Assembly: GCA_044344255.1 (NCBI GenBank)
Contig: JBIJDH010000022.1
Coordinates: 76,044 to 140,043, forward strand
Source: Myxococcota bacterium
GTDB taxonomy: Bacteria; Myxococcota_A; UBA796; UBA2385
DNA length: 64,000 nt
Direction of reading: 5' to 3'
The position numbers and the translations under genes were made by a program. Positions 22,266-31,322 of this stretch are shown one piece after another (position 1 is the stretch's first letter; each line of letters starts with the position of its first letter). Under the pieces are notes generated by a model. The model was not told the origin of the DNA. It saw only the letters and a list, made by a program, of their open reading frames with translations, and did no database searches.

Positions 22266-23189
22266 TCAGAACGGGCCGCCCACCCGACAGGGCTCCTCAT
22301 CGGCGCCGCTGCGCACGACGATGTCCTTCCAGGCGATGAGCACGCCGTCGGAGGCCCGAGACGTGGACAGGAGGTACGGCGCCACATCCACGCCGTCGAG
22401 CACGCCGTCCTCGTCATTCGTCGTCGCGGGCGGCCCCCGGTCGGCGTAGGCGGGGTGGGTTCGACAGATCTCGTCATTCAGGGCCTGATCGAAGAAGAGC
22501 TGTGAAGTGCCATAGGCCACGCCTCCCACCGTGACGGTGAAGTGGACGTGGATGGTGCGGCTGCCGTACCAACCTGGAAAGCAGGTGTTGAAGTCGACCC
22601 GGCCCCGGCTGTCCGTCGTCTGTCCGCCTCGGAAGAAACGATGCGCCACCGCGTCGGCGTCGCCGCCCGTGCACATCGGCTCGGCGTCATCCCCCGAATA
22701 GAGGCCCGCCCGCGACGTGTGCCAGACCTCCACCTTCGCGCCCACCACCGGCGCGCAGCGGGCGTCGAGCACCCGGAGGGCGAGGCGGGTGGGGAGACCA
22801 TCGTAGCCCTCGCTGATGTCCTGCCGCTCCGGCGTGAGCGCGTAGCAGGGCCCGAGCGTCATCTCGCAGGTGAGGGCGCAGGCGGTCTCGGTGATGTCGG
22901 TGAAGGGGTCTGGATAGGAGGCCGCCATCGCCGCGGTGCCGCCGGTCGCCCAACCGCCGATGTCGCCGGTCTCGCCCTCGCCCTCGCCCTCGCCCTCGCC
23001 TTCACCCTCGCCTTCACCCTCTCCTCCACCTCCGCCCGGGCTCGCGGTCCCCGCGCCGCCAGACCCCTTTGCTCCGCACGCGGTGAGCGCGAGCAGCGCA
23101 CCCGAGCCGCTGAGCAGGCGCCAGGCCACGAGACGACGGGTGGGGTGCCCCGAGAGGGGCTCCGGACCGACGAGGTGCTTCGGCCCCAT
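22266..23189 (-). CDS. Intradiol ring-cleavage dioxygenase-like lipoprotein
   Basis: Lipobox LTAC, (GE)n linker, [19 protein letters not shown] and [14 protein letters not shown] (RxxHxH). Confidence 0.85.
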   Translation of the reverse strand: MGPKHLVGPEPLSGHPTRRLVAWRLLSGSGALLALTACGAKGSGGAGTASPGGGGGEGEGEGEGEGEGEGEGETGDIGGWATGGTAAMAASYPDPFTDITETACALTCEMTLGPCYALTPERQDISEGYDGLPTRLALRVLDARCAPVVGAKVEVWHTSRAGLYSGDDAEPMCTGGDADAVAHRFFRGGQTTDSRGRVDFNTCFPGWYGSRTIHVHFTVTVGGVAYGTSQLFFDQALNDEICRTHPAYADRGPPATTNDEDGVLDGVDVAPYLLSTSRASDGVLIAWKDIVVRSGADEEPCRVGGPF

Positions 23190-23192
23190 CGC

Positions 23193-23618
23193 TCAACCGC
23201 CCGTGTCGCCGTCGCAGGCGGCTTCCAGCCCGGCGTCGACGGCCTGACAGGCCTCAGTGCCGGTGGCCACGGCCTGGCCACTCTCATCACACATGGTGTC
23301 GACGCCGCACTCGATCGAGTCGAGGTCTTTCGTGCAGGCCTCCGCCTCCGCCGAGTTCTCCGCGAACCAATCCTCCGCCCCCGGGCAGGCCGAGGCGATC
23401 TGCCCCACGAAAGACAGGCAGTCCGCCTCGCTCGAGAAGGACAGGGAGCCACCGCACTCCGCGGCCGTCGTGTCGGCGCAGTCCTGATCGGAGTACACAC
23501 GGCAGTACGCCGCGAGGTAGTCGTCGAGCAGGGCCGCGCCGTCCCCCTCGGGCTTTCCGCCGCAGGCGATCGAGAGGAGCGTGAGCAGGACAGGGAGACG
23601 GGTCAAAGTTGGCTCCAT
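23193..23618 (-). CDS. Small Cys-rich acidic lipoprotein
   Basis: Lipobox SIAC and about 10 further cysteines; co-oriented 3 nt upstream of the dioxygenase-like gene. Confidence 0.7.
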   Translation of the reverse strand: MEPTLTRLPVLLTLLSIACGGKPEGDGAALLDDYLAAYCRVYSDQDCADTTAAECGGSLSFSSEADCLSFVGQIASACPGAEDWFAENSAEAEACTKDLDSIECGVDTMCDESGQAVATGTEACQAVDAGLEAACDGDTGG

Positions 23619-23651
23619 CGGGGGACAAGCGGGTAGGCTCCAGCGGCGGGC

Positions 23652-25559
23652 TCAGGGACAGACCGTGTCGCCCCAGACGTCGTCGTTGTTGTCGGAGTGG
23701 CACTCGGAGATGGCACCGTCGCCGTTCACGCGCAAGCGGAGCTGACTCACCGGCGTCGAGAGGCCGGTGAGGTTGATCTCCACGGCGTCCGAGAGCCAGC
23801 CGGAGGGCACCGTCTCGGTCCAGGTCTGGCTGTGGATCACCGTGGGCGTGCCGCCGACGTCGGCCAGGAGCTCGACCAGGAAGGGCGTGCTGATGTCGCT
23901 CGTGCCGTTGTTCGCGACCGCGAACCAGACGGTGACGTCACCCGCCGCGCAGTTGTCGGCGCAGACGTCCATGATCCGCCCCGTGAGGTCAGGCAGGCCG
24001 CTACCCGAAACCGGGGTGATGTCGCCGGAGCGGAAATTGTTGTAGCCGGCCTCCCAGTTCTGCTCGGGGGTGCCGGGGATGGTCACGTCGTCGTTGACGT
24101 TCGTGATGCTGTAGGCGTGCTCGTTCCAGACCGGGCGGCCCGACATCCAGGTGTTGTCGGCGTCGCCCACCACCCGCACCCCCTGCTCGGAGCCCGAGTA
24201 GGCGCTGCTCGTGTAGATGATCTCGGCGTGCCCATCGTTGTCCACGTCGGCGATGGTGGGGTACTCCGAGCAGGTGGCCGAGCTGTGCTCGCTCTCCTCA
24301 AGCTTGGTGGCGCCGGTGGCCCCGTCGAAGACGAAGAGGTTGTTCTCGTCGGCGTAGACCACCTCGGCGGCGCCGTCCCCCTCGAAGTCGAAGACCGCGC
24401 TGCCGGTGAAGCCCGACGAGTAGTCGACCGTCGCCCGCGACCAGAGCACCGAGCCGGCCGAGTTCAGCACGATGTAGACGCCCGAGCCGGCGACGCCGAT
24501 GTCCGGCGTGCCGTTGCCATCGAAGTCGGCGACGGTGGGCGGCCCAGAGGTGGAGCCGGTGTAGCTGCCGCTCCAGAGCACGGTGCCGTCATCGTCCTGG
24601 AGGCGGATGGTGCCCACGTTCGAGACCACGATCTCGCCCTGGGGATCGGCGTCGAAATTGGCCACCGCCACGAAGCCGTCGGACTGGCCATTGTACCAGA
24701 TGGCGTTGCCGCTCGCGTCGTAGAGGGCGTTACCGACCACGGCCTCCTGGATGCCGTCGCCGTCGATGTCGGCGGCCACGCCCATCGCCGCGGCCCAGCC
24801 CCCGCTGAAGCCGGTGCCGGAGCCGTAGGAGCCGCGCCCACGCAAGCTGCCGTCAGAGCCGTTGAGGATGACGCTGCCGAGCAGGATCTCGACCTGCCCG
24901 TCTCCGTCGAGGTCTGCCGCGCCGACGGCGCCGCAGTAGGCGTTGCTCACGCCGGCCACCGACCAGACGGTCTCTCCGTTGCCGCGCACGGCGAGCGTCT
25001 GGTTGACGCCGGAGCCGATCACCTCGGGGCGCCCATCCCCGGTGACGTCGGCGAGGGCGGCGGTCATCGGCTCGCTGCCCATGCTGCCCGCCCGCCAGAG
25101 CTCGGCCCCGGTGTCGCCGGCGAGCGCCACCAGCTGGCCGCCCGTGGTGGCGACGACGACGGCGGGCATGTCGTTCTCGTCGACGAGGCCGTCGCCGTTC
25201 TCGTCGTAAATGCGCCCCACGACCGGGCTCGTGTAGGTGTCGCCCACCGCGTTGTTGCGCCACTTGATCACGGGGGTGAAGGTGCCGACCACGGGCTCGC
25301 TGGCGCAGCTCTCATCGAGCGTGGTGGCGGTGCCGGCGAAGGACTGGTCCGGGCAGGAGGCGACCTCGTCGGTGTCTCCCGGGGTCTCCTCATCCGGCTC
25401 TCCGGTGTCTTCCCCTCGGCCCGGCGGCTTCTCCCCGGCGGAGAGGCCGTTGTCGATCGAGCAGCCGGCCAGCCCGGCGAGCCCGATGAGGAGCCCGTGG
25501 AGGGGCCCGTTGAAGAGGGAGAGTCGGAGGGGAAGGCGGGGATCAAACGCGCGGCGCAT
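23652..25559 (-). CDS. FG-GAP/VCBS-repeat lipoprotein with CARDB-like C-terminus
   Basis: Lipobox LAGC, many ADxDGDG repeats, RPVWNEHAYSITNVND and PDLT...VANNG...ISECHSDNN. Start uncertain. Confidence 0.85.
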   Translation of the reverse strand: MRRAFDPRLPLRLSLFNGPLHGLLIGLAGLAGCSIDNGLSAGEKPPGRGEDTGEPDEETPGDTDEVASCPDQSFAGTATTLDESCASEPVVGTFTPVIKWRNNAVGDTYTSPVVGRIYDENGDGLVDENDMPAVVVATTGGQLVALAGDTGAELWRAGSMGSEPMTAALADVTGDGRPEVIGSGVNQTLAVRGNGETVWSVAGVSNAYCGAVGAADLDGDGQVEILLGSVILNGSDGSLRGRGSYGSGTGFSGGWAAAMGVAADIDGDGIQEAVVGNALYDASGNAIWYNGQSDGFVAVANFDADPQGEIVVSNVGTIRLQDDDGTVLWSGSYTGSTSGPPTVADFDGNGTPDIGVAGSGVYIVLNSAGSVLWSRATVDYSSGFTGSAVFDFEGDGAAEVVYADENNLFVFDGATGATKLEESEHSSATCSEYPTIADVDNDGHAEIIYTSSAYSGSEQGVRVVGDADNTWMSGRPVWNEHAYSITNVNDDVTIPGTPEQNWEAGYNNFRSGDITPVSGSGLPDLTGRIMDVCADNCAAGDVTVWFAVANNGTSDISTPFLVELLADVGGTPTVIHSQTWTETVPSGWLSDAVEINLTGLSTPVSQLRLRVNGDGAISECHSDNNDDVWGDTVCP

Positions 25560-25709
25560 GCAGTCTCGGGCCTCGGGCGACGGGGAGCTCACCCGACAAG
25601 GTAGCAGAAGTCGACGGACCCCGGGGTCCAGGATCGAGGTCGGCGCGCGCCCGCCCGGACCACCCACCCCGGCCGCGTTAGAGAGCCCGACCTTGGAGGT
25701 CCGCGGCCC

Positions 25710-27251
25710 ATGCTCAGCCCCATCCCCCGCACCGGCGGCCGCGCGCACCCTCTCGCCCCGTCATCCCTCGCCGCGCTCGCCGCGCTCGCCGTGCTCTCCG
25801 CCTGCGGCGCCGCCGATGTCTCTCTCGCGCCCCCGCCCGCTCCGCGTGAGCCCTGCGGGGCCTCCGTGAGCCCTCCGGAGGGCTTCACCGAGCTCGCCCT
25901 CGACTCCAAGCTCGAGGGCCGCCGCTACTCGGGGCCGGACGGCGCGCAGCTCATCTTCACCTGCATCCCCAAGTGGCGCTCCGGCCCCTCCCGCCTCGAA
26001 GACCACGCGCAGGAGGTGGTAGACGAGCTCGTGATGGGCATCCCGGCCGACCAGGTCGAGGTCGCGCCGGCCGGCTCCGCCGAGGAGATCGATGGCCACC
26101 GGGTCTATGCCTTCGAGATGAGCGTGCTCAGCCCCGAGGCGCCCACCCGCTCGGCCCTGGTCTTCACCGAGCGGGCGCAGATGTACTACTGGATCCGCTA
26201 CACCGCCCCCGTGGCCCAGTGGCCGGCCCAAGCCGAGAAGGTCCAGTCCGTCTTCCGCTCCTTCAAGGTGCTCGACCCGAGCGCCGACCAGGGCCCCACC
26301 CGCTGGTGGAAGAAGCGCGTGATGGCCGACCAACGCCGCTTCACGGAGGCCCGGGCGGCCTTCAAGACGCGGGTGCGTGACGGCCGTCCCTCCACCTTCT
26401 CGGGCCAACCGGCGCCGAAGCCCCCCGCCGACCTCTTCACCCTGGTCACCGTGCAGGGCCCGGTGGGCGGCCTCGCCACCTACGTCACGCCCGACCCCGG
26501 CGACGGCAAGCGGCACCCCGCGGTGGTCTGGGCGCACGGCGGGCACGGCGAGATCGGCGGCAGCGCCTGGGCCCCCGCCTCCCGGTCGAGCGACTCCTCC
26601 GGGCGGGCCCTCCGCGAGGTCGGCCTCGTGATGGCGGTGGGCTCCTGGCGGGCGGAGAACGACAACCCCGGCGACTTCGAGCTCTTCTACGGCGAGGTCG
26701 ACGACCTGCTCGCGGTGCGCGACTACGTCGCCACCCTCCCCTACGTCGATCCCGACCGCATCTACCTCGCCGGCTACGGCGCCGGCGGCACCCTCGTGCT
26801 GCTCGCCGCCGCCAAGGACGACCGCTTCCGCGCCGCCTTCTCTATCGGCGGCGACCCCTGGATCGACGACTTCGAAGACTACGGCTACCTCGGCGGCATC
26901 CCCTTCGGCAGCAAGGGCGAAGGTAAGAACGAGACCGAGGCCTTCTACCGCTCGGCCGCGCCCTTCGTGGGCTCGATCCGCCGCCCCACCTGGTACATCG
27001 AGGGCAAGGCCCGCCCCGCTGGCCTCGCCCAGTGGATGGAGGACCAGGCGCGGCCGAGCGGCGTGCCCTTCACCGCGCTCATCGCCCTGCAGGCCACCCA
27101 CAAGGACATCGCCGCGCCGGCGACCGAGCTCATCGCCCAGAAGATCCTCGCCGATACGGGCCCCGAGGTGGCGATCACGCTGACGCAAGCCGAGATCGAC
27201 GCCCTCGTGGTGGGCGACGCCCCCTCCGCCAAGACAGCCGCCGTCCACTGA
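25710..27251 (+). CDS. Lipoprotein with C-terminal alpha/beta-hydrolase (peptidase S9-like) domain lacking the nucleophile Ser
   Basis: Lipobox LSAC; HPAVVWAHGG, ENDNPG..ELFYGEVDD and YVDPDRIYLAGYGAGG. Confidence 0.8.
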   Translation: MLSPIPRTGGRAHPLAPSSLAALAALAVLSACGAADVSLAPPPAPREPCGASVSPPEGFTELALDSKLEGRRYSGPDGAQLIFTCIPKWRSGPSRLEDHAQEVVDELVMGIPADQVEVAPAGSAEEIDGHRVYAFEMSVLSPEAPTRSALVFTERAQMYYWIRYTAPVAQWPAQAEKVQSVFRSFKVLDPSADQGPTRWWKKRVMADQRRFTEARAAFKTRVRDGRPSTFSGQPAPKPPADLFTLVTVQGPVGGLATYVTPDPGDGKRHPAVVWAHGGHGEIGGSAWAPASRSSDSSGRALREVGLVMAVGSWRAENDNPGDFELFYGEVDDLLAVRDYVATLPYVDPDRIYLAGYGAGGTLVLLAAAKDDRFRAAFSIGGDPWIDDFEDYGYLGGIPFGSKGEGKNETEAFYRSAAPFVGSIRRPTWYIEGKARPAGLAQWMEDQARPSGVPFTALIALQATHKDIAAPATELIAQKILADTGPEVAITLTQAEIDALVVGDAPSAKTAAVH

Positions 27252-27275
27252 GCCCCTCCCCCGCCGCGGCCCCGC

Positions 27276-28142
27276 TCAGCCGCCCCCGCCGCCTCCGGCA
27301 CCCGCAGCGGGACCCTTGGCCTCCTTGGGCAACCAGAGCGTCGTGGCGAGGCCCGCGCGCCGGAGCGCCCGGAGGCACCACCACGTGGGGTCAAAGCCGC
27401 CGTGGAGGCCGTGGCAGGCGCTGCGCGGGTAACGGTGGTGGGCGTTGTGGTAGGCCTCGCCGAGCGTGAAGGGGGCGAGCCAGGGAACGTCCCGCGAGCC
27501 CTCGCCGGTGTCGTAGGGGGCCCGCCCGAAGGCCGCGCCGTGGCAGATCGAGTTCACGGCCCAGCTCGAGTTGGTCAAGCAGAGGTGCAGGGCCCACAGC
27601 CAGAGCAGCCCCGCCGGCCCGGCGAGCCACCACAGGGCGCTGAGCTGCAGGGTGAAGAGGGAGACCGTCAGGAGGGGCCGCTCGAGGGCCATCAGGACAC
27701 GATCCTCGCGGAGGTCCTTACAGAGCTCCAGCCAGACCGGCGGGTTCCGGCCTTGGAGGCGGCGGATGTCGTGGAGCAGCGTCAGTGCCTGCTGGCCGAA
27801 GCCCGAGGCCGCGAAGAGCAGGATCGGCAAGGCCCCCAGCCGCCGCCCGAAGGCCCGCTCGAGCAGCCAGCCGGCGTGCGCCTGGAGGAGCCCGCCGTTC
27901 ACCGGGCTGTGCGGGTCTCCCGGGCCGTCGCTCTCGAGGTGGTGGTGCCGATGGAGCCCGATCCACAAGAGCGGCGGCCCCGCGTGCAGCGCCCCCAGCA
28001 GCGCGAGCGCCGCCCGCAGCGCCGGCCGCGCCGTGAAGGCCCGGTGCGTGAAGAGCCGGTGGTAGCCGAGGGTGTTGCCGAGCCCGAGCGCCACGAAGGC
28101 GGGCAGGAAGCTGGCCATCAGGAGCGCGGTCGTCGTCGTCAT
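27276..28142 (-). CDS. Membrane fatty-acid desaturase (delta-9-like)
   Basis: Three His boxes (YHRLFTH, HRHHH, HNAHH), DPHSP, VNSICH and FDPTWW. GGAG upstream of ATG 28142. Confidence 0.9.
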   Translation of the reverse strand: MTTTTALLMASFLPAFVALGLGNTLGYHRLFTHRAFTARPALRAALALLGALHAGPPLLWIGLHRHHHLESDGPGDPHSPVNGGLLQAHAGWLLERAFGRRLGALPILLFAASGFGQQALTLLHDIRRLQGRNPPVWLELCKDLREDRVLMALERPLLTVSLFTLQLSALWWLAGPAGLLWLWALHLCLTNSSWAVNSICHGAAFGRAPYDTGEGSRDVPWLAPFTLGEAYHNAHHRYPRSACHGLHGGFDPTWWCLRALRRAGLATTLWLPKEAKGPAAGAGGGGGG

Positions 28143-28333
28143 GTGTCTCCGCCCCTCCCCGGCGGCCGGCCGGCCCCCGACCGAGCCTAAGCCGTCGGCG
28201 CCGCCCCGCCCCGTGCGCGCGCCGGCCCCTCGGATGAGCGGCCGGTGAGCGGCGCGGGGCCGATCGATGCGCGCGCGCATCCCTGTCCACGCTCGTCCCA
28301 CAAACAAACGCCCGTTTTTCACGAGGGTGGCGG

Positions 28334-28349
28334 TGGCACGCACCTTGCT
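28334..28349 (+). promoter_or_regulatory. Sigma-54 (-24/-12) promoter
   Basis: TGGCACG-CACC-TTGCT matches TGGCACG-N4-TTGCW exactly (GG 28335-36, GC 28347-48). It lies about 90 nt upstream of the halogenase ATG, on the coding strand. Confidence 0.85.
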
Positions 28350-28441
28350 CACACCCTCTGCGACGGCGCACCGGCGCACTCTCCCTCTCCACTTTTCCCT
28401 CTCTCCATCACTCCCTCTGTCCATCCAGTCAGGAGCACACC

Positions 28442-30085
28442 ATGTCCGAGTCTATTCGAAATGTCCTCATCGTCGGCGGCGGGACCTCGGGATGGATGAC
28501 GGCCGCCTATCTGCGCCGCGCCCTGCCGGCGGGCGTAGCGATCACGGTGGTCGAGTCGGACCGCGTGCCCACCATCGGGGTCGGCGAGGCCACCTTCAGC
28601 ACCATCAAGCTCTTCTTCGACTACCTCGGCCTCGAGGAGCGCGAGTGGATGCCCGAGTGTAACGCCACCTACAAGATGGCCATCCGCTTCGCCGGCTGGA
28701 ACGCCGAGGGCCGCGACTTCTATCACCCTTTCCAGCGGTACGAGACGGTGGACGGCTTCTCGATCGCCGACTGGTGGCTCCGCCTGCACAAGGACAAGCC
28801 CTTTGACCGCATGTGCTTCGCCATCCCCGAGCTCTGTGAGAGCAAGCGCTCGCCCCGCTTCCTCGACGGGGAGGTCTTCGACCCCACCGTGCAGCACGCC
28901 TTCCGCCGCGAGCACATCGAGCAGCAGAACATGCTCGGCGAGCACAAGATCCAGTACCCCTATGCCTATCACTTCGACGCCGCCCTCCTCGCCCGCTTCC
29001 TGATGAAGCGCACCGTCGCCGACGGCGTCCGCCACATCCTCGACGACGTCACCCACGTCGGCCTCCGCCCGGACGGCGCCATCGGCCACATCGAGACGCA
29101 GAAGCACGGCCGCCTCGAGGCTGACCTCTACATCGACTGCACCGGCTTCGCCGGCCTGCTCATCAACAAGGCGCTCGGCACCCCCTTCATCTCGTTCAAT
29201 GACACGCTCCTCTGCGATCGCGCCGTGGCGATGCAGGTCCCCGAGGACATCGAGGACGAGGGCATTCGCCCCTACACCACCGCGACGGCCCTGTCCGCCG
29301 GCTGGGCCTGGAACATCCCGCTCTATGGCCGAAAGGGCACCGGCTACGTGTACTCGAGCCGCTTCATCAGCCCCGAGCAGGCCGAGGCCGAGCTGCGCAG
29401 CCACCTCGGCCCCGCCGCCGACGGCCTCAAGGCCAACCACATCCGCATGCGCATCGGCCGCAGCCAGGACGCTTGGGTGAAGAACTGTGTCGCCATCGGC
29501 CTCTCCAGCGGCTTCGTCGAGCCCCTGGAGTCGACCGGCATCTTCTTCATCCAGCACGGCATCGAGCAGCTCGTCACCCACTTCCCCACCAAGGACTTCG
29601 ACCCGAGCCTCATCCGCAGCTACAACCGCGGCGTCGGCGAGTGTATCGACGGCGTGCGCGACTTCCTCACGCTGCACTACTACGCCAGCACCCGCGCCGA
29701 CACGCCCTTCTGGAAGGCCACGAAGGAGGTCACCATCCCCCCGGCGCTGGCCGAGCGCCTCGCCCTCTGGAAGCAGCGCCTCCCCGACGCCATGAGCATC
29801 AACCCCGCCTACCACGGCTTTGAGGCCTACTCCTACTCGGTGATGCTGCTCGGCCTCGGCTACGTGCCCGAGGGCCCCCAGCCCGCGGTCGCCGGCGCCG
29901 ATCCCCGCCGGGCCGAGGCCGCCTTCGCCCGGCTGCGCGCCCGCACCCGCTCCCTCGTGGACAAGCTCCCCAGCCAGTTCGAGTACCTCAGCCACGTGAG
30001 CGAGTCCCGAGGCGAGCTCTCTCAGGGCGGGATGCGGCTCTATCGCCGCCCGGTCGGCGCCGAGCAGGCCGAGGCCCGGTCGTGA
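28442..30085 (+). CDS. Flavin-dependent tryptophan halogenase, PyrH/SttH (5-/6-halogenase)-like
   Basis: AGGAG RBS; GGGTSGWMTA, GVGEATFST, catalytic-Lys region CNATYKMAIRF, YPYAYHFDA, WAWNIP (WxWxIP), FVEPLESTGIFFI and YHGFEAYSY. Confidence 0.93.
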   Translation: MSESIRNVLIVGGGTSGWMTAAYLRRALPAGVAITVVESDRVPTIGVGEATFSTIKLFFDYLGLEEREWMPECNATYKMAIRFAGWNAEGRDFYHPFQRYETVDGFSIADWWLRLHKDKPFDRMCFAIPELCESKRSPRFLDGEVFDPTVQHAFRREHIEQQNMLGEHKIQYPYAYHFDAALLARFLMKRTVADGVRHILDDVTHVGLRPDGAIGHIETQKHGRLEADLYIDCTGFAGLLINKALGTPFISFNDTLLCDRAVAMQVPEDIEDEGIRPYTTATALSAGWAWNIPLYGRKGTGYVYSSRFISPEQAEAELRSHLGPAADGLKANHIRMRIGRSQDAWVKNCVAIGLSSGFVEPLESTGIFFIQHGIEQLVTHFPTKDFDPSLIRSYNRGVGECIDGVRDFLTLHYYASTRADTPFWKATKEVTIPPALAERLALWKQRLPDAMSINPAYHGFEAYSYSVMLLGLGYVPEGPQPAVAGADPRRAEAAFARLRARTRSLVDKLPSQFEYLSHVSESRGELSQGGMRLYRRPVGAEQAEARS

Positions 30086-31269
30086 TCGCCGCCGACCGCG
30101 CGGTGGGCTCGGCCCGCGCTCGACAGATGCCGATGCCGCCCATCCGCGCCATCTTCGAGGCCGCCTCCCGCATGGAGGACATCGTGCGCCTCGAGGTGGG
30201 CGAGCCGGACTTCGGCCCCCCCGCCTGGCTCCGCGAGGCCCACATCGACGCGCTGCGGCGCGACAGCTCGCACTACACCTCCTTCAGCGGCCTCCTGGCC
30301 CTGCGCGAGGCCATCGCCCAGAAGCTGGCACGAGAGAACGGGATCACCCGGGACCCGGCGACCGAGATCCTCGTCACCTCGGGGGCCACCGGCGCGCTCT
30401 ATCAGGCGCTCCAGGCCACCGTGGACCCGGGCGATGAGGTGCTCCTCCCGGCGCCGGGCTGGCCCCAGTACATGGCGTCTACGGCCCTCGCGGGCGGCGT
30501 GCCGGTCTTCTATCCGCTACACGCGGCCAATGGTTTCGTCCCGCGGGCCGAGGACATTGCGCGCCTCATCACCCCGCGCACCCGCGTCCTCCTGCTCAAT
30601 TCGCCCGGGAACCCGACCGGCGGCGTGATCGACGCCGCGACCCTCCAGGCGCTCGCCGCCCTCGTCCAGCAGCACAACCTCGTGCTCATCTCCGACGAGG
30701 TCTATGAGCACATCCGCTTCGACGGGGCGGCGCACCTGAGCCCGGCCGCGCTCCCGGGGATGGCCGAGCGCACCCTCACGCTCCACAGCGCGTCCAAGAC
30801 CTTCGCGGTCACCGGCTGGCGCATCGGCTTCGCCGCCGGCCCCGCCGCCCACATCGGGCCGATGACGAAGATCGGCCTCTCCACCTGCACCCACCCGAGC
30901 ACCCCCGCCCAGCACGCCTGTGTGGCGGCCTATCGACGGAGCGCGGAGGGGGACATCTCCCGGATGGTCGACACGCTCCGGCAGCGGCGGGACTTCCTCT
31001 GTGACAGCCTCTCCGCGATGCCCGGCCTCCGCTGCACCCGGCCCGCCGGCGCCTTCTATGTGTTCGTGAACATCGAGGGCACCGGGCTCGACTCCGAGAG
31101 CCTCTCCTGGCACCTGCTCCGCAGCGCCGGCGTCTCGACCGTGCCCGGGGTCGGCTTTGGCCCCGGGGGAGAGGGCTTCATCCGCCTCTCCTTCGCCGCC
31201 TCGATGACCGAGCTCGAGCGGGGGGTCGAGCGGATCCACCGGGCGCTCTCCCAGCTCGCGCACGGCTGA
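30082..31269 (+). CDS. PLP-dependent class I/II aminotransferase
   Basis: GTGA overlap with the halogenase stop; LEVGEPDF, LNSPGNPTG, ISDEVYEH, SASKTFAVTGWRIG (PLP Lys), PAGAFY and IRLSFA. Confidence 0.93.
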   Translation: MIAADRAVGSARARQMPMPPIRAIFEAASRMEDIVRLEVGEPDFGPPAWLREAHIDALRRDSSHYTSFSGLLALREAIAQKLARENGITRDPATEILVTSGATGALYQALQATVDPGDEVLLPAPGWPQYMASTALAGGVPVFYPLHAANGFVPRAEDIARLITPRTRVLLLNSPGNPTGGVIDAATLQALAALVQQHNLVLISDEVYEHIRFDGAAHLSPAALPGMAERTLTLHSASKTFAVTGWRIGFAAGPAAHIGPMTKIGLSTCTHPSTPAQHACVAAYRRSAEGDISRMVDTLRQRRDFLCDSLSAMPGLRCTRPAGAFYVFVNIEGTGLDSESLSWHLLRSAGVSTVPGVGFGPGGEGFIRLSFAASMTELERGVERIHRALSQLAHG

Positions 31270-31322
31270 GCGCCCTCTCGCCCCGCCCCTCTCGCCTCCT
31301 CCCCTCCGCCTCCGGAGCCGTC

